Shown in pieces: positions 51,400 to 63,532 of a stretch of DNA of 64,000 nucleotides. Made by a program: the position numbers and the translations under genes. The stretch covers positions 1 to 64,000 of the forward strand of contig CAVTUQ010000022.1 in NCBI GenBank assembly GCA_963737905.1. The letters run 5' to 3'. The stretch is from an uncultured delta proteobacterium (GTDB lineage Bacteria > Desulfobacterota > Binatia > UBA9968). How positions within the stretch are numbered: the first letter of the stretch is position 1; every line of letters starts with the position of its first letter. Under the pieces are notes generated by a model. It had not been told where the DNA came from, searched no databases, and saw only the letters and a program-made list of their open reading frames with translations.

Positions 51400-52700
51400 T
51401 GTGGCTCGGAGCGCCCGGCGTCAGCTTGGGAGAGGGAGAACTTTTCGATTTTCCTATACAGTGTCCGCGTGGATATGCCGAGCGCCTCGGCGGCCTTCGC
51501 CTTGTTGCCGTTGGTTTGACGCAGTGCCTCCTCAATGAGATTTTTCTCGCCCTCCTCGATGTTGCGAATGGCTTTTGTCCCAATTTCCTCACGGTGCCCA
51601 GTGGCGTAGTTCTGTAAGTTCATTGGGAGATCGCTCAGCGTGATGTAATCGCCGTCCGAAACCATCACCGCACTTTCAACAACGCTTCTAAGTTCGCGAA
51701 TGTTTCCCGGCCAGGGATAATCCAGGAATAGGGCCTTGGCGGAACTGCTGACTTTCTTTAATGGCTTGCGAAACTGGCTACAGGCTTGGTAGACAAAATT
51801 GGCCACGAGTAAAATGATATCCTCTCGCCTGTCGTGCAAAGGTGGGAGGATAATTCGCGCACTATTGAGACGAAAATACAAGTCTTTTCTAAAGCCATTA
51901 TTCTGGATCGCCGCATCCAGTTCTTTGTTAGTTGCTGCGATAATTCGAACATCGCTGGTCTTGGGTGTGGATTCACCTACCTTGTAGAATTCACGCGTTT
52001 CGAGAAAGCGTAAAAGTTTGAGCTGGATAGCTGGGGCGAGATCACCTATCTCGTCTAGAAATAGTGTTCCCCCTTCCGCGGCTTCAACAAAGCCTTTCTT
52101 GTTTCGATCGGCTCCAGTGAACGCACCCTTCACATACCCAAAAAGCTCGCTTTCAACTAGCGTCTCGGGAATGGCTGTCATATTGCAACCCACAAAGGGT
52201 TTATCGGCACGTGGTCCCAAAGAATGAATGTACTGAGCCATCACTTCCTTCCCGGTTCCTGTTTCGCCTGTCACGAGAACCGTGATGTCGTGCATGGCAT
52301 AACGGTTTGCGAGGTTCAGAACCTCGTGGAATTGTGGCGTTTCCCCGATCATCAAAGGTGTTTTGACGGAATGGGGAGATTTGACATCGCCGGAATCCGC
52401 AGCGTGACCGAGCAGGTTACAAAGAGGACGGGAATGTTTAGGATGGTAACAAACAACTGTTATTTCCGATGGTGTCGTACGTATCCGATCGAGGAAACTT
52501 CCCCAGATCGTGCCTTGGCAAAGCGTAACGTCGATCAATACAAACTTAATTTGGTCGGCGGGAAAAGCCGAAAATACCCGCTCGGCTTCGTCGACAGTTC
52601 GGCTCAAATGGACAGAGAAATCGCGGGCCTCCAGCTGCTTGGCAATCGGAGCGGGAGGAGATTCTACGGACTGAATAATCAGCGCGAAAGACTTTGGCAT
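51396..52700 (-). CDS. Sigma54-dependent enhancer-binding activator with atypical receiver-like N-terminus
   Basis: [35 protein letters not shown], Fis-type HTH. Confidence 0.93.
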   Translation of the reverse strand: MPKSFALIIQSVESPPAPIAKQLEARDFSVHLSRTVDEAERVFSAFPADQIKFVLIDVTLCQGTIWGSFLDRIRTTPSEITVVCYHPKHSRPLCNLLGHAADSGDVKSPHSVKTPLMIGETPQFHEVLNLANRYAMHDITVLVTGETGTGKEVMAQYIHSLGPRADKPFVGCNMTAIPETLVESELFGYVKGAFTGADRNKKGFVEAAEGGTLFLDEIGDLAPAIQLKLLRFLETREFYKVGESTPKTSDVRIIAATNKELDAAIQNNGFRKDLYFRLNSARIILPPLHDRREDIILLVANFVYQACSQFRKPLKKVSSSAKALFLDYPWPGNIRELRSVVESAVMVSDGDYITLSDLPMNLQNYATGHREEIGTKAIRNIEEGEKNLIEEALRQTNGNKAKAAEALGISTRTLYRKIEKFSLSQADAGRSEPH

Positions 52701-52719
52701 CCAAAAACCACTCTCGTTA

Positions 52720-54162
52720 TTAAGAGCCGGGTAGAATAACCATATTCTCTAGCGAATCATCCAGCAGTTGACTGGTAATCCGCGGAGGCGTGCCAAGATA
52801 ATTACTAGCCGCAATCACGTGTTCCGCTATAAACTTCGGATGGAATCCGGCAAATGGGACCTTGTGTTTTAGGTAAAACGAGTTGAGAAGATACGCCATG
52901 ATATCTTCAGAGAATGCCAGGCCGTAGGACTCGCAAATCCGACGAAAGATCTCTCTATATTCATCCGCTGTTGGTGGATTAATCTTTAATTTGTAATGGA
53001 CACGGCGAAGCTGGGCAGGATCCATCAATTCTTCAGGTGGGAAGTTGGTTGCAAAAATGACTAATTGATCAAAGAGCAGGGCAAATTTTTTCCCCGTGTG
53101 AAGTGTGAGGTAATCAATTTTTCGCTCCAAAGGAAAAATCCAGCGGTTGAGCAATTCGTGAGGCCGTACCCGCTGGCGGCCAAAATCGTCGATGACGAAT
53201 ATGCCGCCGATGGCCTTCATCTGTAACGGGGCTTCGTAATATTTCGAATGGATATCGAAATCCAAATCTAGCATTTCAAGAGTCAGCTCGCCGCCAGAAA
53301 TGATATACGGTCTCCGACAACGAACCCAACGGGGATCGTATTCCATATGGGGCAAGAACATTGGATGACTGCTCCCGTTAGCACCGTTGGAGTTGGTTGA
53401 CAAAGCCACATGGACCGAGGGATCGAAGATCTTGATGATCTGCCCGTCGGCTTCGATGCAGTAGGGTACATAGACCGGTTGCTCGAAGGCTGAGATGAGA
53501 CCTTCAGCGATAGAGGTTTTTCCATTTCCCGCGGCTCCGTAGAAAAGAATGGCTCTGCCTGAGTTCGACGCCGGCCCGAGTTGTCTAATGATATCCTCGG
53601 ATAGCACTAGATGAGAAAGTGCCTTTTTCAGCTTCTCCATGTTGATGATCTCATTGGTGATCGTCTGTTTTTGGACTTGAATCTGATAGGGTTCGAGTGG
53701 GACCGGCGCCGGACCAATGTACTCGCAGCGCCTGAGGGCTTCGCTTGCCCGCTCCTTGCCCGCGCTGGTGAGAGCATAGCGCATGACATTTTGGCTCTTC
53801 TCGGATGGACCGCGAATTTCAACGAGCGCCTCTTTCTTGGCGAAATCCAGCAAAGCTTCGACGACGCCTCGCGTCAATTTAATCTGCTCTGATATTTCCG
53901 GAATCGTCTGAACGGCGGAGATGTACATGATCCGCAGAACGGAGTTGAGGAGAAAGTTTGCTTCTAATCCGGTTTCCTCGATTGTCTTGGGGACCAAGGG
54001 AGGCTCTTGGAGGATGGACTCGAGTTTTTCACGGGTGATGTAGCCGAGAGCGATTAAGTTGTCGCCAATGCGGCCCCCGGCGATCTTCTGTTGATGGAGA
54101 ACCTTTTTTAGTTGGTCCTCATTAATAAAATTCTTTGCTAATAAAAGTTCGCCGATAGCCAT
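52720..54162 (-). CDS. AAA-type ATPase with N-terminal MshEN-like domain
   Basis: IGELLLAKNFINEDQLKKVLHQQ-KIAGG-RIGDNLIALGYITREKL; Walker A GAAGNGKTS; IDDFGRQR; ATN. Confidence 0.8.
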   Translation of the reverse strand: MAIGELLLAKNFINEDQLKKVLHQQKIAGGRIGDNLIALGYITREKLESILQEPPLVPKTIEETGLEANFLLNSVLRIMYISAVQTIPEISEQIKLTRGVVEALLDFAKKEALVEIRGPSEKSQNVMRYALTSAGKERASEALRRCEYIGPAPVPLEPYQIQVQKQTITNEIINMEKLKKALSHLVLSEDIIRQLGPASNSGRAILFYGAAGNGKTSIAEGLISAFEQPVYVPYCIEADGQIIKIFDPSVHVALSTNSNGANGSSHPMFLPHMEYDPRWVRCRRPYIISGGELTLEMLDLDFDIHSKYYEAPLQMKAIGGIFVIDDFGRQRVRPHELLNRWIFPLERKIDYLTLHTGKKFALLFDQLVIFATNFPPEELMDPAQLRRVHYKLKINPPTADEYREIFRRICESYGLAFSEDIMAYLLNSFYLKHKVPFAGFHPKFIAEHVIAASNYLGTPPRITSQLLDDSLENMVILPGS

Positions 54163-54311
54163 CTTTTAAGCCCCTTGCCAGAAAAAGGTTGTTTTTACCT
54201 AGCGTAGCGATTATCATTTCTCGGTATGCACCGCAAAAAACCGTTTCATTATAAGTTACCTGGGGATGCTGTCAAGCAAAGCGTCTTCAATCGTCGGATT
54301 GGAAGGGTGGC

Positions 54312-55868
54312 ATGATCGTCTGGCCGCGCTGTCTCAAGGCTCTTTTTTTTGTGGTCGCGGTGGGTTTGTCTGGTTGCGCTACGATGGAAGAAAACCCTAA
54401 GAAAAACCTGCAGTTGGGACTGATAACTACTCCGCCGACATACTACACTACACAAAAGGCCAGATACCTAGGTGAAAAATATAAAACCAACCTCGATCGT
54501 TTAGTCGAGCGCATCGTTCGGAACCCGAAAACTGCGAATCTCCAGTTCGCCAATAACATCGCTTCTGTCGGCGGGATCGGATTTTTTACCCACTCCGCGA
54601 CCACCTCTGTCGATGAACGGTTCCTGGAAATTATCATGGGTGTGCCGGACACCTTCGACTCAAAGCTTGACCATGGCGCAAAAATCCATCGGGTCTTTTC
54701 GCTGTACGGGGAGGAATTGCTGTCAATGCTTGCGAGCGATTCCGATATCTATCAAGAGAAGGAAGTGAATGGATATGGATTAAACCTCTCTTGGAGAAAT
54801 CTCGTTTCCGATGCCGCGGGACCGCGAATCTCATTGGAACGATCTACTCTGTATTTCCCTAAAGCGAGAGTTCGAAGCTTTCTGCGAGGAGATTTAAGTC
54901 AAAATGCCTTTCTGGCCGAAGCTGTAATCTTCGCTGTTGTCGATGACGGTCCAATGAAACTGGTTTCTTACCGGCCGCAAGAATTGAAGCCAGATTCGCG
55001 CAGGTCGATTCAGGAGGAACCGCTGATCGTCGGGCGAATCCCTGCGAAACCGGAGGCGCGATTGGAGCAAGCCGCTTCGCTTGCGCCTGTAGCTAAGCAA
55101 TCAATTAAGGGCAGCGAACAGGGAAAGAACTCTCCTCTACCAAACGATAATTCGGGTGAGGCTAAAGTTCCGACCGGATTGACAGAGAAACTCGCAGATT
55201 GGAACGAAGTGCGCCCTGCAGCTAACAACCCGGGTGAAGCTCCGGTCGCTTCTTCTGCTCCCATCCAAGCTTCGACAAAAGAATTAAAAGAATTATCTGT
55301 AGCTCCCCTCAAGAAGGACGTTGTGGTGGGAAAGCAAGAATCTGCCGACCGTGCGTCTTTAGCGAGTCTAGAACAGAACAATGCGGAAACAGAAAATGTG
55401 CGGCCCGGAGTTGATCTGGCGTCGCTCCCTGTATCTCCAGCGCTTGTTCCGATCACGGATGCACTGAAAGTGGAGGGGGCAATAAAAGATCCGTTGAAGG
55501 AGCAACCATTGTTGGATAGTAGAGAGGCTAAGACAGCAGGAGCACAGTCACTTGCGTTGCCCTCAGCGAAGGTCTTGCAGGGATTCGTGATTCAGCTGGC
55601 GTTTGGCGAGATGGCCGAGGCCCGGCGCTGGGCCGAAGCTCTGGAACAGCGGGGGTTTGCGGTTTCCCTGACCGAGGTGGGTGGTAGCGGAGCGGTGCGC
55701 GTCCGAATCGGGAATTTTACGGGTCGCGACGAAGCGGAGCGAAAGCTTCATGCGCTTCGCCAAGATGGCCTCAAAGGCATTGTTCTCAATCTCCCGCAGG
55801 CCTATCGACCGGAGGTTCATCCGGCGGTTGCTGAGGAGAGTGGAAAAACCGTCTCCGCCGTTCAGTAG
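54312..55868 (+). CDS. Lipoprotein with C-terminal SPOR domain
   Basis: LSGC lipobox; disordered linker; FVIQLAF...VRVRIGNFTGRDEAE. Confidence 0.8.
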   Translation: MIVWPRCLKALFFVVAVGLSGCATMEENPKKNLQLGLITTPPTYYTTQKARYLGEKYKTNLDRLVERIVRNPKTANLQFANNIASVGGIGFFTHSATTSVDERFLEIIMGVPDTFDSKLDHGAKIHRVFSLYGEELLSMLASDSDIYQEKEVNGYGLNLSWRNLVSDAAGPRISLERSTLYFPKARVRSFLRGDLSQNAFLAEAVIFAVVDDGPMKLVSYRPQELKPDSRRSIQEEPLIVGRIPAKPEARLEQAASLAPVAKQSIKGSEQGKNSPLPNDNSGEAKVPTGLTEKLADWNEVRPAANNPGEAPVASSAPIQASTKELKELSVAPLKKDVVVGKQESADRASLASLEQNNAETENVRPGVDLASLPVSPALVPITDALKVEGAIKDPLKEQPLLDSREAKTAGAQSLALPSAKVLQGFVIQLAFGEMAEARRWAEALEQRGFAVSLTEVGGSGAVRVRIGNFTGRDEAERKLHALRQDGLKGIVLNLPQAYRPEVHPAVAEESGKTVSAVQ

Positions 55869-55915
55869 TCCCAAGGCCCTCGATCGGGTTTGAGCCGAGG
55901 GCAAAAGTAGCGTAG

Positions 55916-57364
55916 CTAATTTCCCTCTGTGAGTTTTCGCTTTAAGATTTCATTTGCCTTTTGCGGGTTGGCCTTGCCCTGAGTTGCCTTCATGACTTGA
56001 CCGACAAGAAAGCCAAATATCTTTTCGTTTCCTGCCTGATAGTCGGCAACCTGTTTAGGATGAGACACCAAGACATGATCGATCGCTTTCTCGATACTTT
56101 CCGAGTCAGAGACCTGCTCGAGCCCCTTTTCCACTACGATCTCTTGCGGTGACCGTCCGGAATCCGCCATCGCTTCGAAAACCGTCTTAGCGATTTTGCC
56201 GCTGATCTTGCCTTGATCAATGAGCGCGATCATGGCCGCGAGATTCTCGGCCTTGACGGGCCAGTTGGTGATGTAGAGCCTTTCGTCAAGCTTGCGCTCT
56301 TTCAGTAAACGAAAGAGATCACCCGTCATCCAATTGGCGATAGCCTTAGGATTCCTGTGGGTTACCAGAGCCGATTCGAAGTAGTCGGCAATATCTTTGC
56401 GGCTGGTCAGAAGCTCCGCGTCGTAGGGGAGGATGTCGTACTGAGAAATTAGACGGGCTTTACGGGCAGCCGGCAACTCAGGTAAGGAGGTTCGAATCTT
56501 ATCAATCCATTCCTCGTCGATTACCACAGGCAATAGATCGGGGTCCGGGAAATAGCGATAATCGTGGGCGAACTCCTTGGTACGCATGGAACGGGTCTCT
56601 TCCCGATCCGGATCCCATAAACGAGTTTCTTGAATCAACCTGCCTCCGTCCGAGAGCGTTTCGGTGTGGCGGCGAATCTCGAATTCAATAGCCTTTTCAA
56701 CCGCCTTGAAAGAGTTGAGATTCTTAAGTTCGACTTTTGTGCCCAGCGCGCTCGTTCCTTCGGGCCTCACTGAGACGTTAGCATCGCAACGAAAGCTGCC
56801 TTCTTCCATATTGCCATCACAGATCCCGAGATACTGAAGAATAGCTCTGAGAGTCCTTAGATAAGTGCCCGCCTCTTCCGCACTTCGGATATCGGGTTCG
56901 CTCACGATCTCCAACAATGGTACGCCAGCGCGGTTGAGATCGACGAGACTCGCGTCGCTCCGCAGATCGTGAATGCTTTTCCCAGCATCCTCTTCCATGT
57001 GGATTCTGGTTAATCGGATGCGTTTGGCGGCGCTGTTCAGAGTGATGTCGATATGGCCATTGATGCAGATGGGAAGTTCGTACTGACTGATCTGATAACC
57101 TTTCGGGAGATCAGGGTAAAAGTAATTTTTGCGCGCCAGACGGCTGGAACGCGCAATCTCGCAATGCGTTGCGAGCCCCGCGCGAATCGCGAATTCCACC
57201 ACTTTCTTATTCAACACCGGCAGGACGCCCGGGAACCCGGTGCAGATCGGACAAGTACTCTGGTTGGGGGCTTGGCCGAACTTCGTCGCGCAGCCGCAAA
57301 AGATCTTCGATTCGGTTAGTAGCTGCGCATGGACTTCGAGGCCGATTACTGTTTCGTATTTCAT
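55916..57364 (-). CDS. gatB: Asp/Glu-tRNA amidotransferase subunit B
   Basis: VIGLEVHAQL, RKNYFYPDLPKGYQISQ, HMEEDAGK, DYRYFPDPDL. Confidence 0.98.
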   Translation of the reverse strand: MKYETVIGLEVHAQLLTESKIFCGCATKFGQAPNQSTCPICTGFPGVLPVLNKKVVEFAIRAGLATHCEIARSSRLARKNYFYPDLPKGYQISQYELPICINGHIDITLNSAAKRIRLTRIHMEEDAGKSIHDLRSDASLVDLNRAGVPLLEIVSEPDIRSAEEAGTYLRTLRAILQYLGICDGNMEEGSFRCDANVSVRPEGTSALGTKVELKNLNSFKAVEKAIEFEIRRHTETLSDGGRLIQETRLWDPDREETRSMRTKEFAHDYRYFPDPDLLPVVIDEEWIDKIRTSLPELPAARKARLISQYDILPYDAELLTSRKDIADYFESALVTHRNPKAIANWMTGDLFRLLKERKLDERLYITNWPVKAENLAAMIALIDQGKISGKIAKTVFEAMADSGRSPQEIVVEKGLEQVSDSESIEKAIDHVLVSHPKQVADYQAGNEKIFGFLVGQVMKATQGKANPQKANEILKRKLTEGN

Positions 57365-57370
57365 GACTGC

Positions 57371-58828
57371 TTACAGATTCGGTTTTCTCTTGTGCCAGTC
57401 CGTGGACTGCTCATAAGCGTAGGCGATGTTCAAGATCGTCGATTCATCAAAGTGCTTTCCTATTATCTGCATGCCGATGGGGAGGCCTTCAGAGTCAAAC
57501 GCACAGGGCAAAGAGAGGGCGGGTAAACCCGCGAGGTTGACGGAGATGGTATAGATGTCTGAAAGGTACATCTGTAATGGGTCCTGGGTTTTCTCGCCGA
57601 TCTTGAACGCCGTTGTTGGAGCTGTCGGAGTGATGATGGCATCGCATGTCTCAAATGCTTCGTCGAAGTCCTTTTTTATCAATGTGCGAACTCTTTGGGC
57701 TTTGAGATAATAGGCGTCATAATAGCCGGCGGAAAGGGCGTAGGTGCCGAGCATGATGCGCCGTTTCACCTCCGGCCCGAATCCTTCTGCGCGACTTAAC
57801 ATGTAAGTTTCAATGAGATCCTTCGCGCGGGCGCGATGGCCGTATCTCATACCGTCATAGCGCGCCAGGTTTGAACTCGCCTCGGCCGTAGCGACGATAT
57901 AATAGACGGCCACCGCGTAATCCGTGTGCGGTAGAGAAATTTCTTCGATGATGGCGCCATTCTTTTCGAGCTGACGAACTGCGTTGCGAAGCGCTTGGTC
58001 TACCTCCGGCTGTATGCCGGAGACGGAATATTCCTTCGGAATACCTAGGCGCAGCCCTTTGACGGCTCCGGTCAACGACGCCGAATAGGGCGGAACCGGC
58101 CGGTTAGCCGAGGTGGAATCCGCCGGGTCGTAGCTGGCTATCGTTTCGAGCATGAGCGCGGAGTCTCTAACGTCTTTGGTCATAGGTCCCACTTGGTCCA
58201 TGGACGAAGCAAAGGCGATGATTCCGTAGCGGCTGACTCGGCCGTAGGTCGGTTTGAGGCCCACGATACCACAAAAGGCCGCCGGTTGGCGGATGGAACC
58301 GCCGGTGTCGGTGCCCAACGCGACGATGCACTGGTCGGCAGCGAGGGCCGCCGCTGAACCGCCGGAAGAGCCGCCGGGAACGCGACTCGTATCCCAGGGA
58401 TTGCGCGTCGAAAAAAATGCCGAGTTCTCCGCTGATGAGCCCATGGCAAATTCATCGAGGTTGGTTTTCCCGATGATGATCGCGCCGCTTGCCCGGAGCT
58501 TCTTGACCGTTGTGCCGTCATAGGGCGGGATGAAGTTTGCGAGAATTTTGGACGCACAAGTGGTTCGAATACCGCGAGTGAGAAAATTATCCTTCACCGC
58601 GATCGGTATCCCGAGAAGAGAGTGGGGATTTGTTTCCGTTTTGAGCAGTCGGTCCGCGTGCTTGGCTTCCTCTAAAGCCGTATCGCGGCAAAGAGTTATA
58701 TAGCAATGGACTTTCTCTTCGGTCTCGGAGATTCGCCGAAAAACGGCCTCTGTAAGCTCCAGCGCCGAACATTCCCGTTTGCGGAGCTTTTCCTTGGCTT
58801 CGTGGAGCGTGAGTGCGGAGAGGCTCAT
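57371..58828 (-). CDS. gatA: Asp/Glu-tRNA amidotransferase subunit A
   Basis: [41 protein letters not shown]. Confidence 0.98.
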   Translation of the reverse strand: MSLSALTLHEAKEKLRKRECSALELTEAVFRRISETEEKVHCYITLCRDTALEEAKHADRLLKTETNPHSLLGIPIAVKDNFLTRGIRTTCASKILANFIPPYDGTTVKKLRASGAIIIGKTNLDEFAMGSSAENSAFFSTRNPWDTSRVPGGSSGGSAAALAADQCIVALGTDTGGSIRQPAAFCGIVGLKPTYGRVSRYGIIAFASSMDQVGPMTKDVRDSALMLETIASYDPADSTSANRPVPPYSASLTGAVKGLRLGIPKEYSVSGIQPEVDQALRNAVRQLEKNGAIIEEISLPHTDYAVAVYYIVATAEASSNLARYDGMRYGHRARAKDLIETYMLSRAEGFGPEVKRRIMLGTYALSAGYYDAYYLKAQRVRTLIKKDFDEAFETCDAIITPTAPTTAFKIGEKTQDPLQMYLSDIYTISVNLAGLPALSLPCAFDSEGLPIGMQIIGKHFDESTILNIAYAYEQSTDWHKRKPNL

Positions 58829-59112
58829 TCAATGATTTTGGGAACCTGAAAGAAGTTGTTCTCTTGTGCCGGTGCGTTGGCTAAGAGAAGTTCGGCGTTA
58901 GGTTCGTTGGTGACGACGTCATCACGCATGGGAATTGTCATGTCCACCGCGCGGGTGAACGGTTCGATCCCGGATGTATCCAATTGGTTGAGCTTTCCCA
59001 TGTACTGCAGGATATTATCTAGCTGTTCTGTAAGGCGTTCTTGGTCCTCCGGCGTTAGTTGCAGCCGGGCCAACATGGCCACCCGTTGGACCTCTTCACG
59101 CGTCAATTTCAT
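58825..59112 (-). CDS. gatC: Asp/Glu-tRNA amidotransferase subunit C
   Basis: [12 protein letters not shown]...LLANAP...FQVPKIIE; upstream of gatA. Confidence 0.96.
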   Translation of the reverse strand: MKLTREEVQRVAMLARLQLTPEDQERLTEQLDNILQYMGKLNQLDTSGIEPFTRAVDMTIPMRDDVVTNEPNAELLLANAPAQENNFFQVPKIIE

Positions 59113-59323
59113 CAGATTTTTTGTAACATAGCGCCAGATCAATTCCAATCACGTTACCCATAACAGCAGCACAATGCTCGAACCAGATATCTTAGGGCAA
59201 GCAAATTAAGAGCATAGGGGTCATCGGTTTAAGCCGGAATTACCGGTATTGCCCAGATACTATGATCCGTCGAACGATAATTTATTTGCAGTTATTTACC
59301 CTTTTCGGCTAAAAGAAAAGGCG

Positions 59324-60053
59324 ATGGGCGACAATCAGATACCGTTGTCGGAAGAGCTTATTCAACCTCCTGCCCCCGGTGCAATTGAAGAGGAAACGTA
59401 TTCCCGTGGGTTTAAGTGTATTGCCGGATTAGACGAAGTCGGCAGGGGCCCGCTTGCGGGGCCGGTGGTGGCGGCGGCGGTGGTTCTATCTCGGGGGTTT
59501 TCGCACCCGGACATCAAAGACTCCAAGATGTTGAGCCCGAGCCAGCGCGAGACGTTGGTGCCCATTATCAAAGAAAATGCGGTGACCTGGGGACTCGGTA
59601 TCGTCGGAGTCGAAGAAATCGACCGAATTAACATCCTTAGGGCGAGTTTGCACGCTATGGGCAAGGCGCTAAAGGCTTTGCGTCAAACCCCAGATTGTCT
59701 TCTCATCGATGGGAACCAGAAAATCCCCGCTGAATTTTTCCGGGTAAGGTTAATCCCGGGCAAACCTCGGCCGCAACAGAGAACCATTGTCAAGGGAGAC
59801 CAGTTGTGTTTTTCCATTGCCGCGGCATCGATTCTGGCGAAGGTGGTGAGGGATGCAATGATGGTCGAAATCGACAAGAGCTATCCCGAGTACGGCTTTG
59901 CGAGTCACAAAGGATATGCCTGTGTCGCCCATCTCCAAGCACTGCGCCGCTTTGGTCCGTCTCCTGTTCACCGAAGAAGCTTTAAACCTGTGCGCGATGC
60001 TTGCACCGAGAGCGAGGATGCGAGATTAGTGCTCATCCAGGGAAAGCGCGAGA

Positions 60054-60061
<8 letters not shown>
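59324..60061 (+). CDS. rnhB: Ribonuclease HII
   Basis: GLDEVGRGPLAGPVV, DSK, IAAASILAKV, HKGY, HRRSF. Confidence 0.96.
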
Positions 60062-61728
<1,667 letters not shown>

Positions 61729-61766
61729 TGCCTGTAAAATAGGTTAATTCACAGACTAAGCATACA

Positions 61767-62507
61767 ATGAGTTCCAGTGGGGTCAGTTTTTCGATTGCCT
61801 CCTGCGCCGCTTGGGCTCCAGGGGTGGAGACGAAGGAGGCCTGGAGGGAATGGGCCTACGCAAATTGCGCTATCAGAGGTGATATCGCTGCCCCGGTTCA
61901 AGCAATGCCACCGATGCTACGTCGGCGGGCGGGCTTTCTTGGCAAGATGGCTCTTGAAGTCGCCTATCGGTGTCTGGGTCACCGCATCGATGTTCCTACC
62001 GTCTTCAGCTCCCGACACGGAGAGGCTTCGCGATCAGTTGACCTGCTGTTGGATCTTGCGAAGGGGGTGCCGCTTTCTCCGACGTCATTTGGCCTATCGG
62101 TCCACAACGCTACCGGCGGCCTGTTCTCGATTGGGCGCGGTGATCATGCCAGTGATATCGGGCTATCGGCTGGTAGAAGCAGCGTTGAACATGCTGTTAT
62201 TGAGGCCTGCGGACTGCTTGCGGAGGGTGAGCCTGCAGTGTTGCTCGTAGTATACGATTGCCCTTTGCCGACTCCGTATTGTGTATTTCAAGATTGCGAT
62301 GAACAACCCTTTGCGTGGGCTTGGTTAATGCAGCCTCCGGATGATGAGCTGGTCTCGCTTGCGTGGTCGGATGCTTTGGAACATAGTCCTCAAAGTTTTG
62401 AGCGCTTGCCGGCCGGATTGGAGATCCTGCGTTTCTACTTGCGTAAAGATCCCACCCTCCAACGAATATGTGATACACGTCGGTGGCTTTGGTCCCGTCA
62501 TGTTTAG
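61767..62507 (+). CDS. Beta-ketoacyl synthase chain-length factor (aryl polyene cluster type)
   Basis: PPMLRRR, FSSRHGE, SPTSFGLSVHNA. Confidence 0.85.
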   Translation: MSSSGVSFSIASCAAWAPGVETKEAWREWAYANCAIRGDIAAPVQAMPPMLRRRAGFLGKMALEVAYRCLGHRIDVPTVFSSRHGEASRSVDLLLDLAKGVPLSPTSFGLSVHNATGGLFSIGRGDHASDIGLSAGRSSVEHAVIEACGLLAEGEPAVLLVVYDCPLPTPYCVFQDCDEQPFAWAWLMQPPDDELVSLAWSDALEHSPQSFERLPAGLEILRFYLRKDPTLQRICDTRRWLWSRHV

Positions 62508-63270
62508 TAGTCTTATCCGTTATTGGCGAGTGTTCGGTACCGGGTTGAGTTTCGTTACGGTCGGCATTGGCGGAGTTTTCTTATTTCCCGCGCTCAATAT
62601 TGTCATTCGAAGCCGGCAGCTGCGTTCAGTTATCGCGCGCGATGTAATCAGGTTAACTTTCCGCTTTATCGTTGAGCTGATGCGACTGATGGGCGTGTTT
62701 CGGTATGAAATTAGCGGACTGGAACGACTGGAACGCTACGGACTGCTGATTCTTGCCAACCATCCGACACTCATCGATATTGTGTTTCTCATGGCCTTTG
62801 TCAAGCGGGCCGACTGCATCGTCAAGAGCGAGCTTTGGCGCAACCCGTTCACCCATGCCACGGTTCGTGCCGCGGCCTATGTTCGCAATGATGATTATGG
62901 TGCCCAACTCATTGAAGACTGCGTTGCAGCAGTTCGCTGTGGTGGTAATCTGATCATTTTTCCTGAAGGTACGCGCACGCGCGCGAACGGCTCGATCACT
63001 CTTAAACGGGGCGCGGCGAATATTGCGGTGCGTGCTCAGTGCAACGTTACGCCGGTGCTTATACGCTGTGCGCCTCCGATGCTGGTCAAGGGAGAAAGAT
63101 GGTGGCGGCTGCCGTCTCGCCCGTCGTATTACCGCATTGAGGTGCAAGAGGACATCGATATCCGGCATTTTATCACTGAAGCCGGTAGCAATGTTTTAGC
63201 CGCTCGGCGGCTTACCGATCATTTGCAGGATTATTTTACTCAGGAGAAAGCACGTCATGGGGTCGGTTGA
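62500..63270 (+). CDS. Lysophospholipid acyltransferase (aryl polyene cluster type)
   Basis: ANHPTLID (HX4D), IFPEGTR, KRGAA. Confidence 0.88.
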   Translation: MFSSLIRYWRVFGTGLSFVTVGIGGVFLFPALNIVIRSRQLRSVIARDVIRLTFRFIVELMRLMGVFRYEISGLERLERYGLLILANHPTLIDIVFLMAFVKRADCIVKSELWRNPFTHATVRAAAYVRNDDYGAQLIEDCVAAVRCGGNLIIFPEGTRTRANGSITLKRGAANIAVRAQCNVTPVLIRCAPPMLVKGERWWRLPSRPSYYRIEVQEDIDIRHFITEAGSNVLAARRLTDHLQDYFTQEKARHGVG

Positions 63271-63517
63271 GGACGAAGTAAAACGACTGATCATCGATGT
63301 TCTTCAACTTGAAGACATCACTCCGGCCGACATCGATGCTGACGCGCCCTTATTTATCAATGGACTTGGGTTGGACTCCATCGACGCGCTCGAATTGGGG
63401 GTGGCCCTCCATAAGCGTTATGGGATATCCCTGTCGGGCGATGCAGAAGAGGTTCGTCGCCACTTTGCGTCAGTGAGTTCGCTCGCCGCCATGATCGCCA
63501 GTCACAGGACGAAATGA
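63257..63517 (+). CDS. Acyl carrier protein
   Basis: GLGLDSIDALEL. Confidence 0.92.
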   Translation: MGSVEDEVKRLIIDVLQLEDITPADIDADAPLFINGLGLDSIDALELGVALHKRYGISLSGDAEEVRRHFASVSSLAAMIASHRTK

Positions 63518-63532
63518 AGGGGGGACTAAGCT

